DNA from: an uncultured Bacteriovoracaceae bacterium
Lineage (GTDB): Bacteria > Bdellovibrionota > UBA2394
DNA: 64,000 nt
Reading direction: 5' to 3'
NCBI GenBank assembly: GCA_964655245.1
Contig: CAZZLQ010000001.1
Span: 2,537-66,536, forward strand
In this document: in pieces, positions 11,997 to 21,811 of the stretch
Position numbering within the stretch: position 1 is the first letter of the stretch
How the letters are laid out: every line of letters starts with the position of its first letter
The notes under the pieces: generated by a model
What the model was told of the DNA's origin: nothing
Databases searched by the model: none
What the model saw: the letters and a program-made list of their open reading frames with translations, nothing else
Made by a program: the position numbers and the translations under genes

Positions 11997-12365
11997 ATGG
12001 TTAGAACTCATACAAGACTAACAGTTGCTGACAATACTGGGGCGAAAGAGGTCGAGTGCATCAAGGTCCTTGGTGGCTCCAAACGAAGATATGCAAGCGT
12101 CGGTGATGTCATTGTTGTTGCGGTAAAGGATGCTATCCCTTTTGGTAAAGTAAAAAAGGGGGAAGTAAAGAAGGCTGTGGTTGTGAGAGTATTGAAAGAG
12201 TACAACCGAGCTGACGGCACTTACATTCGTTTTGACGATAACGCTGCCGTATTGATCTCACAGGAGTTGGAGCCAATTGGAACTCGGATTTTCGGGCCTG
12301 TTGCTCGAGAGCTCCGTGCGAAGCGTTTTATGAAAATTATCTCACTCGCTCCGGAGGTACTATAA
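11997..12365 (+). CDS. rplN: 50S ribosomal protein L14
   Basis: L14 motifs ([28 protein letters not shown]); 122 aa. Confidence 0.95.
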   Translation: MVRTHTRLTVADNTGAKEVECIKVLGGSKRRYASVGDVIVVAVKDAIPFGKVKKGEVKKAVVVRVLKEYNRADGTYIRFDDNAAVLISQELEPIGTRIFGPVARELRAKRFMKIISLAPEVL

Positions 12366-12665
12366 ATGTTGGCTCGTGTTAAAAAAGGTGACACCGTTTT
12401 TGTGATTTCTGGCAAGGACAAGGGTCGAACTGGTAAGGTCTTGCAGGTTTTTCCGAAGCAGGCTCAATGCATTGTTGAGAAGATTTCTGTGGTCAAACGA
12501 CACCAGAAGGCAAAGCCAGGTCAGCCGGCGGGAATTGTGGAAAAGAGTCTTCCAATTCATCTTTCGAAGGTTATGCCGGTGGATAGCGCTTCCAATAAGC
12601 ATGGAAGAGTGAGATCCCAGCTTCAGGGTGGAAAAAAAGAGAGAAAGATTGTCTCTGTTAAATAG
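12366..12665 (+). CDS. rplX: 50S ribosomal protein L24
   Basis: KOW-domain L24 ([21 protein letters not shown]); in operon position. Confidence 0.92.
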   Translation: MLARVKKGDTVFVISGKDKGRTGKVLQVFPKQAQCIVEKISVVKRHQKAKPGQPAGIVEKSLPIHLSKVMPVDSASNKHGRVRSQLQGGKKERKIVSVK

Positions 12666-12678
12666 TAGGAATTGAGTC

Positions 12679-13368
12679 ATGGCTGATACAAAAGATACAA
12701 AGAAAAAAGCAAAGGGATCTGAAAAATCGGGCTCTAGCGTGAAGTCGAAAGCGACAAGAACAAAGGGCGCTGAGTCGATCGCTCCCGCTGAGTTGGTAGC
12801 TCCTCGGTACAAGGATAAATATAAATCTGAGATTGTTCCGGCTCTGATGAAAGAGTTTGGATTCCGATCTGTGATGCAAGTCCCACGACTGTCGAAAATC
12901 GTGATCAATGCGGGCTTGGGAAAGTCGACTCAGAATATCAAGATTATTGATCAAGCGATGAAGGACATCGCTGCCATTGCTGGTCAAAAGCCTGTGGCTT
13001 GTAAGTCAAAGAAAGCTATTTCAAACTTTAAGTTAAGAGCCGGCCTTCCTATCGGGGTTATGGTTACCTTGCGTGGCGCTCAGATGTTTGAGTTTTTGGA
13101 TCGTTTGATCAACTTGGCTCTGCCTCGAATTCGAGATTTTCGAGGTGTTTCGGAACGCGGATTCGATGGACGTGGGAACTTTACCATGGGTTTGAAAGAC
13201 CAGCTGGTTTTCCCTGAGGTTGATTTCGATTCTGTTGATAACACGTTCGGGATGAACATTAGCTTCGTAACGACTGCGCGAACCGACGATGAAGGCCGCG
13301 CGCTTCTAAACAAGTTTGGGGTGCCTTTCAGAAAACGACCTCAGGCTCAAACTACGAAGGCTGCTTAG
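12679..13368 (+). CDS. rplE: 50S ribosomal protein L5 with a ~48-aa lysine-rich N-terminal extension
   Basis: The L5 core starts at [19 protein letters not shown]...QVPRL and ends with a conserved C-terminus. It is preceded by [42 protein letters not shown]. Confidence 0.92.
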   Translation: MADTKDTKKKAKGSEKSGSSVKSKATRTKGAESIAPAELVAPRYKDKYKSEIVPALMKEFGFRSVMQVPRLSKIVINAGLGKSTQNIKIIDQAMKDIAAIAGQKPVACKSKKAISNFKLRAGLPIGVMVTLRGAQMFEFLDRLINLALPRIRDFRGVSERGFDGRGNFTMGLKDQLVFPEVDFDSVDNTFGMNISFVTTARTDDEGRALLNKFGVPFRKRPQAQTTKAA

Positions 13369-13378
13369 GAAGGTTTTT

Positions 13379-13684
13379 ATGGCAAAGACGAGTTCAATTG
13401 TTAAATACAGAAAATCGGTCGCTCTTGTGGAGCGATATCGAGAAAAGCGCTTGAAGTTGAAAGAAGTTATTCAAAGTCCGAAGTCTACGATGGAAGAAAA
13501 GCTGGCAGCTCAGAGAAAGCTAGCCAAGATTCCGCGCAGGGCGTTGCCTGTCCAGCTCAAGACACGTTGTGAACTGACCGGTCGGACTCGAGCTGTTTAT
13601 CGCAAGTTTAAGCTATCACGATTGAAGTTTCGTGAGTTGGCTCATCAGGGAATTTTGCCCGGTGTTTCGAAAGCAAGTTGGTAA
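13379..13684 (+). CDS. rpsN: 30S ribosomal protein S14 (101-aa long form)
   Basis: [12 protein letters not shown]...[35 protein letters not shown] is an S14 signature. Start taken at the internal ATG at 13379; the ORF-track start at 13316 would overlap rplE. Confidence 0.93.
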   Translation: MAKTSSIVKYRKSVALVERYREKRLKLKEVIQSPKSTMEEKLAAQRKLAKIPRRALPVQLKTRCELTGRTRAVYRKFKLSRLKFRELAHQGILPGVSKASW

Positions 13685-13701
13685 GGAACAAGGAGTAGCA
13701 G

Positions 13702-14100
13702 ATGCTAACAGATCCTATTGGTGATTGTTTTGGAAGATTGAGAAACGCCGCGAAGGCGGGACAAGAAGAGGTCAAGATCCCTCACTCGCAAATGAAAGAG
13801 GGGATTGTGCGTCTTCTCCAGAATGAAGGTTATTTGATTGGTTTTGAGGTAGAAGAAGCCTCCAAGTCGAAGAAAACCATTATCGCTCGGATTAAATATA
13901 ACAGAGATGGTCGAGCGGTTTTGGAAAGTATTAAGAGGGTAAGTCGCCCGGGACATCGAGTGTATGCCGGTGTTCCAAGTCAGCCAAAGGTTCGCAGAGG
14001 AATTGGTCTTCAGATTTTGTCGACCAACCAAGGAATTGTGTCTGACAAGCAGGCCATCGAGAAAAAGGTCGGCGGCGAAGTTTTAGGCGAAGTTTATTAA
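13702..14100 (+). CDS. rpsH: 30S ribosomal protein S8
   Basis: MLTDPIGD...RN...GYL..F is S8-like; 132 aa. Confidence 0.94.
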   Translation: MLTDPIGDCFGRLRNAAKAGQEEVKIPHSQMKEGIVRLLQNEGYLIGFEVEEASKSKKTIIARIKYNRDGRAVLESIKRVSRPGHRVYAGVPSQPKVRRGIGLQILSTNQGIVSDKQAIEKKVGGEVLGEVY

Positions 14101-14125
14101 TAGGTTTTGAAGTCAGAGGTTTGTT

Positions 14126-14674
14126 ATGTCTCGTTTAGGTCGCATTCCAGTTCAGATTCCAAAGGGTGTTAAGGTCAGCTTGACGGGTACTTTGTTGTCC
14201 GTTGAAGGTCCAAAAGGCAAGCTGGCTAGAAACGTTCCAGTAGGAATCGTTTTAAAAGTAGAAGGTGAGAAGGCAGTGATTAGTAGGACTGACGATTTGA
14301 AGCCTACGAAAGCAGCTCATGGATTAGTTCGCTCCCTATTGAATGGAATGGTGAAGGGTGTTTCTGAGGGCTTCACCAAAACCCTGGTGAGTGTTGGGGT
14401 CGGATACCGAATGGCGTTGACCGGGAACAAGCTCAACATCAGCGCGGGCTTGTCTCATCCAGTTGTGTTCACTTTGCCCACCGGAATTCAAGGTAAGGTT
14501 GAAGATCAAACTCGTTTAGTTCTTACGGGAATTGATAAGGAACTCATCGGACTTGTTGCTGATCGGATTCGGTCCGTACGTCCTCCTGAGCCCTACAAAG
14601 GGAAGGGAATTCGATATGACAAAGAAGTTATTCAATTGAAGGAAGGTAAGGCTGCCGGTAAGGGTGCCAAGTAA
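14126..14674 (+). CDS. rplF: 50S ribosomal protein L6
   Basis: MSRLGRIPVQIPKGVKV...GPKG is L6-like; 182 aa. Confidence 0.94.
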   Translation: MSRLGRIPVQIPKGVKVSLTGTLLSVEGPKGKLARNVPVGIVLKVEGEKAVISRTDDLKPTKAAHGLVRSLLNGMVKGVSEGFTKTLVSVGVGYRMALTGNKLNISAGLSHPVVFTLPTGIQGKVEDQTRLVLTGIDKELIGLVADRIRSVRPPEPYKGKGIRYDKEVIQLKEGKAAGKGAK

Positions 14675-14688
14675 AGTTTAGGTGATTT

Positions 14689-15054
14689 ATGGCATTAGAA
14701 AAGAAATCAGACGCTAGAAAAATTCGAAAAGCTCGTATTCGAAAAAACATCACTGGAAAGACGACTCGTCCTAGGCTGAGTGTGTTTCGATCAGCTGGTT
14801 ATACATACGCTCAAATCATTGATGACAAAGCGGGTAAGACCCTTGTTTCATGTTCCTCGGCTGAAAAAGATTTGCGTAAGTCTTTGAAGAGCCCTCGAAA
14901 CTTAGAGGCTGCCAAATTGGTTGGCGCCACATTGGCCAAACGAGCCCTTAGCAAAAGCATTGCTGAGGTTGTGTTTGATCGAAACGGATTTTTCTTTCAC
15001 GGCAGAATCAAGGCAATCGCCGAGGGTGCGCGTGAAGGTGGACTTAAATTTTAG
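14689..15054 (+). CDS. rplR: 50S ribosomal protein L18
   Basis: L18-like ([16 protein letters not shown]...[14 protein letters not shown]). Confidence 0.93.
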   Translation: MALEKKSDARKIRKARIRKNITGKTTRPRLSVFRSAGYTYAQIIDDKAGKTLVSCSSAEKDLRKSLKSPRNLEAAKLVGATLAKRALSKSIAEVVFDRNGFFFHGRIKAIAEGAREGGLKF

Positions 15055-15062
15055 GAATTAAT

Positions 15063-15551
15063 ATGCCAGTATCAAGAGACATTGTTGCAACTTTAGATCT
15101 TAAGGAAAGAATCATTAACGTCGCGCGTGTTGCCAAAGTGGTAACCGGAGGGCGGCGATTTTCCTTCAGCGCGCTCGTCGCGGTTGGAGATGAAAAAGGC
15201 TTTGTAGGCTTTGGTTTGGGTAAGGCAAATGAGGTTCCTGAGGCAATCGCAAAGGCGACCCAGCAGGCAAAAAAGAATATGGTTCAGGTTCCTTTGTCGG
15301 GAAGTTCTATTCCCCACGAAGTGGTTGGAACTTTTGGAGCTGCCGAGGTCATTTTAAGACCAGCCAGTGAAGGAACAGGCGTCATTGCCGGCGGAGCTGC
15401 TCGGGTTATGCTTGAGTTGGCTGGAGTGAAAGACGTTTTGTCTAAGAGCTTAGGAACAACGAATCCTCACAATCTTGCACGAGCCACTGTTGATGCTCTT
15501 ATGCGATTGAGAGATCCTGAGGAACGCGCCCAGATTTTGAAGGCCATGTAG
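15063..15551 (+). CDS. rpsE: 30S ribosomal protein S5
   Basis: S5 motifs ([36 protein letters not shown]). Confidence 0.95.
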   Translation: MPVSRDIVATLDLKERIINVARVAKVVTGGRRFSFSALVAVGDEKGFVGFGLGKANEVPEAIAKATQQAKKNMVQVPLSGSSIPHEVVGTFGAAEVILRPASEGTGVIAGGAARVMLELAGVKDVLSKSLGTTNPHNLARATVDALMRLRDPEERAQILKAM

Positions 15552-15571
15552 TAGTATAAGAGGTCGAAGAG

Positions 15572-15817
15572 ATGGAAAAAGTGATTTATATAAAGCAGGT
15601 CAAAGGAATTTCCAGAACCACACCGAAGCAGAAGGCTGTTTTGAAGTCTTTAGGTGTGCATGGAATTGGAACTAAAGTTTTTAGAAAAGACACTCGTGCG
15701 TTGCGTGGGATGTTGAACTTGGTTCAACATCTTGTCGACGCCCAACTAGTAGACGCCTCTGTTCAGAAATCTATTGAAGGTAAAAAGGTTGCGAACAGCG
15801 GATATTCGATCGGATAG
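15572..15817 (+). CDS. rpmD: 50S ribosomal protein L30 with a C-terminal extension (81 aa)
   Basis: N-terminal ~55 aa are L30-like (IKQVKGISRTTPKQKAVLKSLGV); the protein sits between rpsE and rplO. Confidence 0.85.
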   Translation: MEKVIYIKQVKGISRTTPKQKAVLKSLGVHGIGTKVFRKDTRALRGMLNLVQHLVDAQLVDASVQKSIEGKKVANSGYSIG

Positions 15818-15824
15818 GTGATTT

Positions 15825-16289
15825 ATGGCATTACTTTCTCAACTTAGACCGTCTCGAGGTTCAAAAAAACCGATGAAACGACTTGGACGTGGTGATGGTT
15901 CAGGCCACGGAGGAACTTCGACTCGTGGACATAAAGGTCAAAAGGCTCGAAGCTCGGTTCATATTCCGCGCGGTTTTGAGGGTGGTCAAATGCCCTTGCA
16001 TCGACGGTCTCCCAAGTGGGGTTTCACTAATTTTACTCAGGTGGTCTATATGCCAGTGAATTTGGACGCCTTGGGTCAGTTCTTCAAAAGCGGTGAAGAA
16101 GTTACCGCAGCTACTTTGAAGTCCAAAGGTCTCGTCAAGAGTTCCAATGGTAAAGTGAAGATTCTGGGTCGAGGCAAGATCGCGATTGCGCTGAAGGTGA
16201 AGGTTCACGCTGCTTCTGAGAGTGCGAAAAAGGCGATTGAAGCTGCCAAAGGAACCATCGAGATCATTCAAGCAAAAAAAGCTGCCTAA
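15825..16289 (+). CDS. rplO: 50S ribosomal protein L15
   Basis: L15-like (RGSKKPMKRLGRGDGSGHGGTSTRGHKGQKARS). Confidence 0.93.
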   Translation: MALLSQLRPSRGSKKPMKRLGRGDGSGHGGTSTRGHKGQKARSSVHIPRGFEGGQMPLHRRSPKWGFTNFTQVVYMPVNLDALGQFFKSGEEVTAATLKSKGLVKSSNGKVKILGRGKIAIALKVKVHAASESAKKAIEAAKGTIEIIQAKKAA

Positions 16290-16321
16290 GCAGCATCAAA
16301 AAAAATTGAGGGATAGCAATT

Positions 16322-17635
16322 TTGAGACCCACTCTTGTTAATGCGGCAAAGGCTCCGGAACTAATCAAAAAACTTTTTGTAACTTTCGGTCTCTTGGCCG
16401 TTTATCGAATGGGTGTCTTTGTTCCAACCCCAGGAGTCAATTCCGCGGCTCTCAAAGATTTTATCGGTAACGGTGGTAATATCTTTGGAATCTTTAACTC
16501 GTTCACCGGTGGGGCTTTGGAGCGCTTCTCTGTCTTTGCGTTGGGGATCATGCCTTATATCAGCGCCTCAATTATTATGAGTTTGCTACCTTCCGTTTTT
16601 GAGTATTTTGCAAACCTGAAGAAAGAGGGCGAGTTGGGTCGAAGGAAACTCAATCAGTACTCTCGATATTTAACCATAGTGATTGCTGTGATTCAGGCAT
16701 GGGGTATCGCGTCCTGGCTCCAGTCAAATCCAGGGGTAGTCATCAATCCTGGTATTGGTTTTAAGCTTTTAACTGTTTTAACTTTGACTGCCGGAACCGT
16801 GGTGGTGATGTGGTTAGGGGAGCAGATCACTCAGCGGGGGATTGGTCAGGGCTCTTCCTTGATCATTTTTGCAGGTATCGTCGCGGGCTTTCCCAGTGTG
16901 GTATCGAATGTTTGGTCTAATTTTCAAGCCGGGGATTTAAGAGGTTCTCAGTTGTTGACCATTGTTTTGTTGGTCGTGGCTTCAACAGTATTTGTTGTTT
17001 TTGTTGAGAGGGCTCAGCGCCGGATTCCCATTCATCACGCTAAGCGGGTGGTTGGCCGAAAGGTTTATGGAGCTTCGATGCAGTTTCTTCCCTTTAAGGT
17101 TAATGCTGCCGGAGTCATTCCTCCTATTTTTGCATCAGCTTTGATCACTTTTCCTTCGATGATATCTCAGATGTTTAAGAGCCAGAATGCTTGGTTGAAC
17201 GAAATTGCAGGCTGGCTGGCTCCCGGCGGAACTTTTTATGATGCACTTTACGTCGGATTGATCGTATTTTTCTCGTATTTCACCACATCGATCTTTATTA
17301 ACTCCAACGATGTCGCTGAAAATCTGAAAGAACATGGTGGTTTTGTTCCTGGCATTCGGCCTGGCAAGCATACTGCGGACTATTTGGACCATGTTTTGAC
17401 TCGCTTAACGACTCTTGGAGCAGTTTACCTCTCATTCATTTGTGTTGCGCCCTTTTTCTTCTTTGACAGTTTCCAGGTGCGCCTGGGCGGAACAGCGGTT
17501 CTGATTATTGTTGGAGTTGCTATTAATTTTGCCGAGCAGATTCAAACCTATTTGATGACTCAGCAGTATGAGCGCTTCCTGGGTGATGAAGGCGCCTCTG
17601 GTAACCGTCGATTTAAGGGGCGGGGTCCCGAGTAA
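16322..17635 (+). CDS. secY: Preprotein translocase subunit SecY
   Basis: 437-aa polytopic membrane protein with SecY motifs (LGIMPYISASIIM, GEQITQRGIGQGSSLIIFAGIVA), located between rplO and adk. The annotated TTG start is approximate. Confidence 0.93.
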   Translation: MRPTLVNAAKAPELIKKLFVTFGLLAVYRMGVFVPTPGVNSAALKDFIGNGGNIFGIFNSFTGGALERFSVFALGIMPYISASIIMSLLPSVFEYFANLKKEGELGRRKLNQYSRYLTIVIAVIQAWGIASWLQSNPGVVINPGIGFKLLTVLTLTAGTVVVMWLGEQITQRGIGQGSSLIIFAGIVAGFPSVVSNVWSNFQAGDLRGSQLLTIVLLVVASTVFVVFVERAQRRIPIHHAKRVVGRKVYGASMQFLPFKVNAAGVIPPIFASALITFPSMISQMFKSQNAWLNEIAGWLAPGGTFYDALYVGLIVFFSYFTTSIFINSNDVAENLKEHGGFVPGIRPGKHTADYLDHVLTRLTTLGAVYLSFICVAPFFFFDSFQVRLGGTAVLIIVGVAINFAEQIQTYLMTQQYERFLGDEGASGNRRFKGRGPE

Positions 17636-17638
17636 CCT

Positions 17639-18301
17639 ATGGGTGCAAGTCCCAACAGAAACTGTATTTTTGTCGGGGCTCCGGGAAGTGGCAAAGGGAC
17701 TCAGGCAAAGAAAATCCAAGAGTCTCTCAAGATTCCTCATATTTCAACGGGAGACATTCTTCGATCAGAGGTTAGTAGGGGATCTGCGCTCGGATTGGAA
17801 GTGAAAGAAGTTCTGGCTGCCGGAAAGCTTGTCGACGATGAGCTGATGCTCAAAATTATCAAGGCTCGATTTCAAAAAGAGGACGTCAAGGCGGGATTCA
17901 TTTTGGACGGTTATCCTAGGAATCTGGCTCAGGCAAAAGCTCTCGCTCAGGTGTTTTCCGAGCTAGATATTAAGAGTCCGGTGGTTTTCTTTTTTGATGT
18001 GACCAAATCCTTGTTGGTCTCTCGGTTGACGGGCCGACTTTCATGCTCAAAGTGTGGAAGTGTGTTTCATTCTGAGTTTAACAAGCCACGTCTCGCTGGT
18101 GTCTGCGACAGCTGTGGGAGTTCGCCTTTGATTCAAAGGGCTGATGATACAGAAGAGACTGCGATAAAGCGCCTCGATGTGTTTGAGAGCCAAACCCGGC
18201 CGATGCTCGATTTCTATCAGGCTGCGCAGCAGCTAGAGCAACTTGATGCCAGCGCCTCTTTGAGTGCTGTGACAGAGAGAATTTTGAAGGTTCTGAAGTA
18301 G
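17639..18301 (+). CDS. adk: Adenylate kinase with a zinc-binding lid
   Basis: P-loop GAPGSGKGTQA and a lid with two cysteine pairs (CSKCG...CDSCG). Confidence 0.93.
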   Translation: MGASPNRNCIFVGAPGSGKGTQAKKIQESLKIPHISTGDILRSEVSRGSALGLEVKEVLAAGKLVDDELMLKIIKARFQKEDVKAGFILDGYPRNLAQAKALAQVFSELDIKSPVVFFFDVTKSLLVSRLTGRLSCSKCGSVFHSEFNKPRLAGVCDSCGSSPLIQRADDTEETAIKRLDVFESQTRPMLDFYQAAQQLEQLDASASLSAVTERILKVLK

Positions 18302-18306
18302 TTTGT

Positions 18307-19056
18307 ATGATTGTCATTCGTAATCCAGATGAGATTGAGAAGATTCGGCGTGCTGCCCAGATCGTTAGGGCAAGTCTAGATGAGGTTGAGGCTGCCATTC
18401 GACCGGGGTTAACGACTTGGCAGTTGAATGAGATCGCTGAGCAAGCGACCTTGAAGATGGGGGCAAAGCCAGCCTTTAAGGGGTATCGCGGATTTCCTGC
18501 TTGTCTTTGCGTTTCTGTGAACGAGGAAGTGGTCCATGGAATACCTCGCAAAGACCGGATCATCAAAGAGGGCGACATTGTAGGTATTGATTATGGCGCG
18601 ACTCTTGAGGGTTATTATGGTGATAGCGCCCGTACGGTTCCGGTTGGGTTTAAGCCATCCGGCAAGATTCAGGATTTGTTGGAATCCACGAAGCTATCGC
18701 TTCAAAAAGGCATTGAAGCGATTCGCCCGGGAAGGCACGTTCAGGATATTTCAAAGGCGATTGAAGCCATTATTGCTCCCAAGGGCTTTGGAATTGTTCG
18801 TGATTATGTCGGGCATGGAATTGGGACCAAGCCGCATGAAGATCCCCCGATACCGCATTACGATACAGGGGAAAAGGGGCCTAGACTTCGGGAAGGAATG
18901 GTCATTTGCATTGAGCCCATGATCAATATCGGATCCCATGATGTTAAGGTTCTTAAGGATGGATGGACTGTAGTGACCACCGATGGCTCTTGGTCTGCCC
19001 ATTTTGAGCATACGGTGGCTATTACAGCCTCTGGAGCTGAGGTCCTGTCGGCCTAG
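18307..19056 (+). CDS. map: Methionine aminopeptidase type I
   Basis: MetAP-I metal-binding context (VHGIP, DIV.IDYGA, HGIG, MVICIEPMI). Confidence 0.92.
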   Translation: MIVIRNPDEIEKIRRAAQIVRASLDEVEAAIRPGLTTWQLNEIAEQATLKMGAKPAFKGYRGFPACLCVSVNEEVVHGIPRKDRIIKEGDIVGIDYGATLEGYYGDSARTVPVGFKPSGKIQDLLESTKLSLQKGIEAIRPGRHVQDISKAIEAIIAPKGFGIVRDYVGHGIGTKPHEDPPIPHYDTGEKGPRLREGMVICIEPMINIGSHDVKVLKDGWTVVTTDGSWSAHFEHTVAITASGAEVLSA

Positions 19057-19191
19057 GCGGGTTCGATAAATCGAGTATTTCCTTGTTTGACAAGGAGGGG
19101 TGGAAACTCCTAATTCTTGTCAAGCTAAGATTAAATCTCATAATGAGACCTTTGCCCCTTTTGGGGCAGGTAGAGGTGTTTGGAGTTTTGT

Positions 19192-19305
19192 ATGAAAGTG
19201 AGATGTTCAGTTAAACCTCGTTGCGAAAAATGCAAAGTCGTTCGTCGTCAGCGAGTGCTTCGAGTCATTTGTGTAAATGCTCGTCATAAACAACGCCAAA
19301 AATAA
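19192..19305 (+). CDS. rpmJ: 50S ribosomal protein L36 (37 aa; absent from the ORF track because it is <60 aa)
   Basis: Hand-translated as [37 protein letters not shown], matching the L36 C-x2-C...C...H zinc-ribbon pattern. Sits directly upstream of rpsM. Confidence 0.88.
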   Translation: MKVRCSVKPRCEKCKVVRRQRVLRVICVNARHKQRQK

Positions 19306-19321
19306 AGAAGGATATTTTTAG

Positions 19322-19699
19322 ATGGCTCGTATTGCAGGTATTGATCTTCCGGGTAACAAGCACATTCGAATTGCTTTAACTTATTTGTACGGTATCGGAC
19401 AAAAAACCGCCGACAAGATTTGTGAAGAGCTGAAGATTGAGAAGACGATCAAGGCCAAAGATCTTCCGGATGGCGATGTCAATCGTATCAGAGAGTACAT
19501 TGAAAAAGATTTGCGAGTGGAAGGAGATCTTAAGCGCCAAGTCAGTTTGAATATTAAGCGCTTGATGGATCTGGGTACCTACAGAGGTTTGCGACATCGA
19601 AAGGGACTTCCTGTTCGTGGTCAAAGAACTCACACAAATGCTCGAACACGAAAAGGTCCTCGACGAAACGCGGTCGCCCTCGTGAAGAAGGCTGTTTAA
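19322..19699 (+). CDS. rpsM: 30S ribosomal protein S13
   Basis: [26 protein letters not shown]...GLRHR is an S13 signature. Confidence 0.95.
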   Translation: MARIAGIDLPGNKHIRIALTYLYGIGQKTADKICEELKIEKTIKAKDLPDGDVNRIREYIEKDLRVEGDLKRQVSLNIKRLMDLGTYRGLRHRKGLPVRGQRTHTNARTRKGPRRNAVALVKKAV

Positions 19700-19735
19700 T
19701 TACAGTCCTGAGAATCTGAAGGAGATTTTAATTTT

Positions 19736-20152
19736 ATGTCAGAAAAAACTGCAGCAGGCACTGAAACTGAAACAAAAGTTGTTAAGAAGAAGAAAGATCG
19801 TCGTTCTGTTCCAACGGGAGTTGCTCACATCGATGCATCATTTAACAACACAATCATTACTTTTACTGACACCGCTGGAAATGCAGTAGCCTGGGGCTCA
19901 TGTGGGGCTGCCGGTTTTAAGGGTTCACGAAAGAGCACGCCTTTCGCTGCTCAAGTCGCCGCTGAATCGGCATCAAAGAAGGCCGTTGAAAATGGGATGC
20001 GTTCCGTAAGCATTTTGGTATCTGGCCCAGGAGCAGGACGCGAGTCCGCGATTCGAGCTATTGCGCAGGCTGGAATTCGAGTGACAGGAATCAAAGATAT
20101 TACTCCGATTCCTCACAACGGATGTCGACCCCGCAAAAAGCGAAGAGTTTAG
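19736..20152 (+). CDS. rpsK: 30S ribosomal protein S11
   Basis: [20 protein letters not shown]...[18 protein letters not shown]...GPG.GRE is an S11 signature. Confidence 0.95.
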   Translation: MSEKTAAGTETETKVVKKKKDRRSVPTGVAHIDASFNNTIITFTDTAGNAVAWGSCGAAGFKGSRKSTPFAAQVAAESASKKAVENGMRSVSILVSGPGAGRESAIRAIAQAGIRVTGIKDITPIPHNGCRPRKKRRV

Positions 20153-20193
20153 TTTTTGATTAAGTAAGAAAATACACGAGGAGATTCCCCTTT

Positions 20194-21300
20194 ATGGCAA
20201 TGAGCGAAGTTGTTTATCGAAATTGGCGAGACTTGATTAAACCCAAGCGAGTGGACGTGGATCCCACGACACTTGGTGATACCTATGGAAAGTTTGTCGC
20301 CAAGCCTCTCGAGCGAGGGTTCGGGATCACTTTGGGTAACGCTCTTCGAAGAATTTTGCTCTCATCAATCCAGGGAACGGCTGTTACTGGAATCAAGATT
20401 GAGGGCATTCTGCATGAATTCTCCGCTGTGCGTGGTTGCATGGAAGATGTGGGAGATATCATTTTGAATTTGAAGGGTCTTTGCCTTCGAATGAACACCG
20501 CAGAAACAAAGGTGATTCGTCTTAAGGCTAAGGGTGCTGGCGATGTTTTGGCATCTCAGATTGATACGGGCGGAGTCGTTGAGATTCTGAACCCCGATCA
20601 TAAGATTTGCACATTGGGCGAGAACGCTGAAATCAACATGGAGATCCACGTCAAAATGGGACGCGGATACGTCTCTGCTGAGAGCTACGAAAAAGAAGCG
20701 AAAGAAGTGGGATTCATCCCAGTGGACTCGTTCTTCTCACCCGTAAAGCGAGTCACTTATTTCGTCACCAACGCTCGGGTTGGTCAACGGACAGATTATG
20801 ATCGATTGACGATGGAAGTGACCACCGATGGTACCGTGAAGCCTCAGGACGCTCTGGCTTATGCGGCGAAAATTTTGAAGGATCAGATTTCGATTTTCAT
20901 TAATTTCAATGAGGCTGAGGAGCCTGAAGCTCGTCCTGAATCTTTGGAAGCAACTCCTCGATTTAATGAGAATCTGAACCGCAGAGTTGATGAGCTTGAG
21001 TTAAGCGTTCGAAGTGCGAACTGTTTGGCGAACGCTAACATTCGTTACATCGGTGAGCTTGTTCAAAAGACGGAAGCGGAAATTCTAAAGACAAAGAATT
21101 TTGGACGTAAGTCTTTGAACGAGATTAAAGAGATTCTCGCCGAGATGGGTCTGTCTTTGGGAATGAAACTCGAAGGATGGGTACATCCTGACCAAATCGC
21201 TGCTTTGGCTCAGCCTGAAGAAGAAGTGGAAGAGCCAGAGTTCGGCGCTTCGGCCAGTGATTTTGACACTGGAGATGAGTCTGGAGACGAAGGAGTTTAA
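20194..21300 (+). CDS. rpoA: DNA-directed RNA polymerase alpha subunit with an acidic C-terminal tail
   Basis: Alpha N-terminal domain ([19 protein letters not shown]) and an alpha-CTD ([12 protein letters not shown]....I..IGELV). Ends [27 protein letters not shown]. Confidence 0.94.
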   Translation: MAMSEVVYRNWRDLIKPKRVDVDPTTLGDTYGKFVAKPLERGFGITLGNALRRILLSSIQGTAVTGIKIEGILHEFSAVRGCMEDVGDIILNLKGLCLRMNTAETKVIRLKAKGAGDVLASQIDTGGVVEILNPDHKICTLGENAEINMEIHVKMGRGYVSAESYEKEAKEVGFIPVDSFFSPVKRVTYFVTNARVGQRTDYDRLTMEVTTDGTVKPQDALAYAAKILKDQISIFINFNEAEEPEARPESLEATPRFNENLNRRVDELELSVRSANCLANANIRYIGELVQKTEAEILKTKNFGRKSLNEIKEILAEMGLSLGMKLEGWVHPDQIAALAQPEEEVEEPEFGASASDFDTGDESGDEGV

Positions 21301-21302
21301 TT

Positions 21303-21797
21303 ATGAGGCATGCTAAGCCATATCGAAAACTGAGCCGTCAAAGAAGTCATTACAATGCTTTGATGCGAAACTTGGCTCTTTCCTTGATTGAAAAGGAGAG
21401 AATCCGAACGACTCTTACGAAGGCCAAAGAAATGCGGGGCTTTGTTGAGGGGATTATTGAGCTGGGTAAATCCGGTGGTTTGCATAACCGCCGACGCGCC
21501 TTTGCTTTAATGGGCAATAAGACGATTGCCACCGGAACTGGTGAGCGACGTGATCCTCTTGTTAAGGTCTTTGGTGAATTGGCTACGCGTTATGCTTCTC
21601 GCAAGGGTGGCTATACTCGGATCTACAAACTGGGAAATCGTCCTGGCGATGCGGCTCCCATGGCATTGATCGAGCTTGTTGATGCAAAGCTTGAAGTGAT
21701 TGCGGGCAAGCCCGAAGTCGCTGAAAAAGCAGAGTCAAAGCCTAAGAAAGAAACGAAGGCTAAGGCTAAAAAGGCTTCAGCAAAAGACGCCGCTTGA
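21303..21797 (+). CDS. rplQ: 50S ribosomal protein L17 with a Lys/Ala-rich C-terminal extension
   Basis: L17 core (MRHAKPYRKLSR...HYNALMRNLA.SL) followed by ...KPEVAEKAESKPKKETKAKAKKASAKDAA; 164 aa. Confidence 0.93.
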   Translation: MRHAKPYRKLSRQRSHYNALMRNLALSLIEKERIRTTLTKAKEMRGFVEGIIELGKSGGLHNRRRAFALMGNKTIATGTGERRDPLVKVFGELATRYASRKGGYTRIYKLGNRPGDAAPMALIELVDAKLEVIAGKPEVAEKAESKPKKETKAKAKKASAKDAA

Positions 21798-21811
21798 GCT
21801 AACTTTGGCTC

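Noticed and set aside
19057-19191. infA expected between map and rpmJ
   Set aside because: The 135-nt spacer cannot hold the 72-codon IF1 gene and has no open frame. infA is simply absent from this locus.
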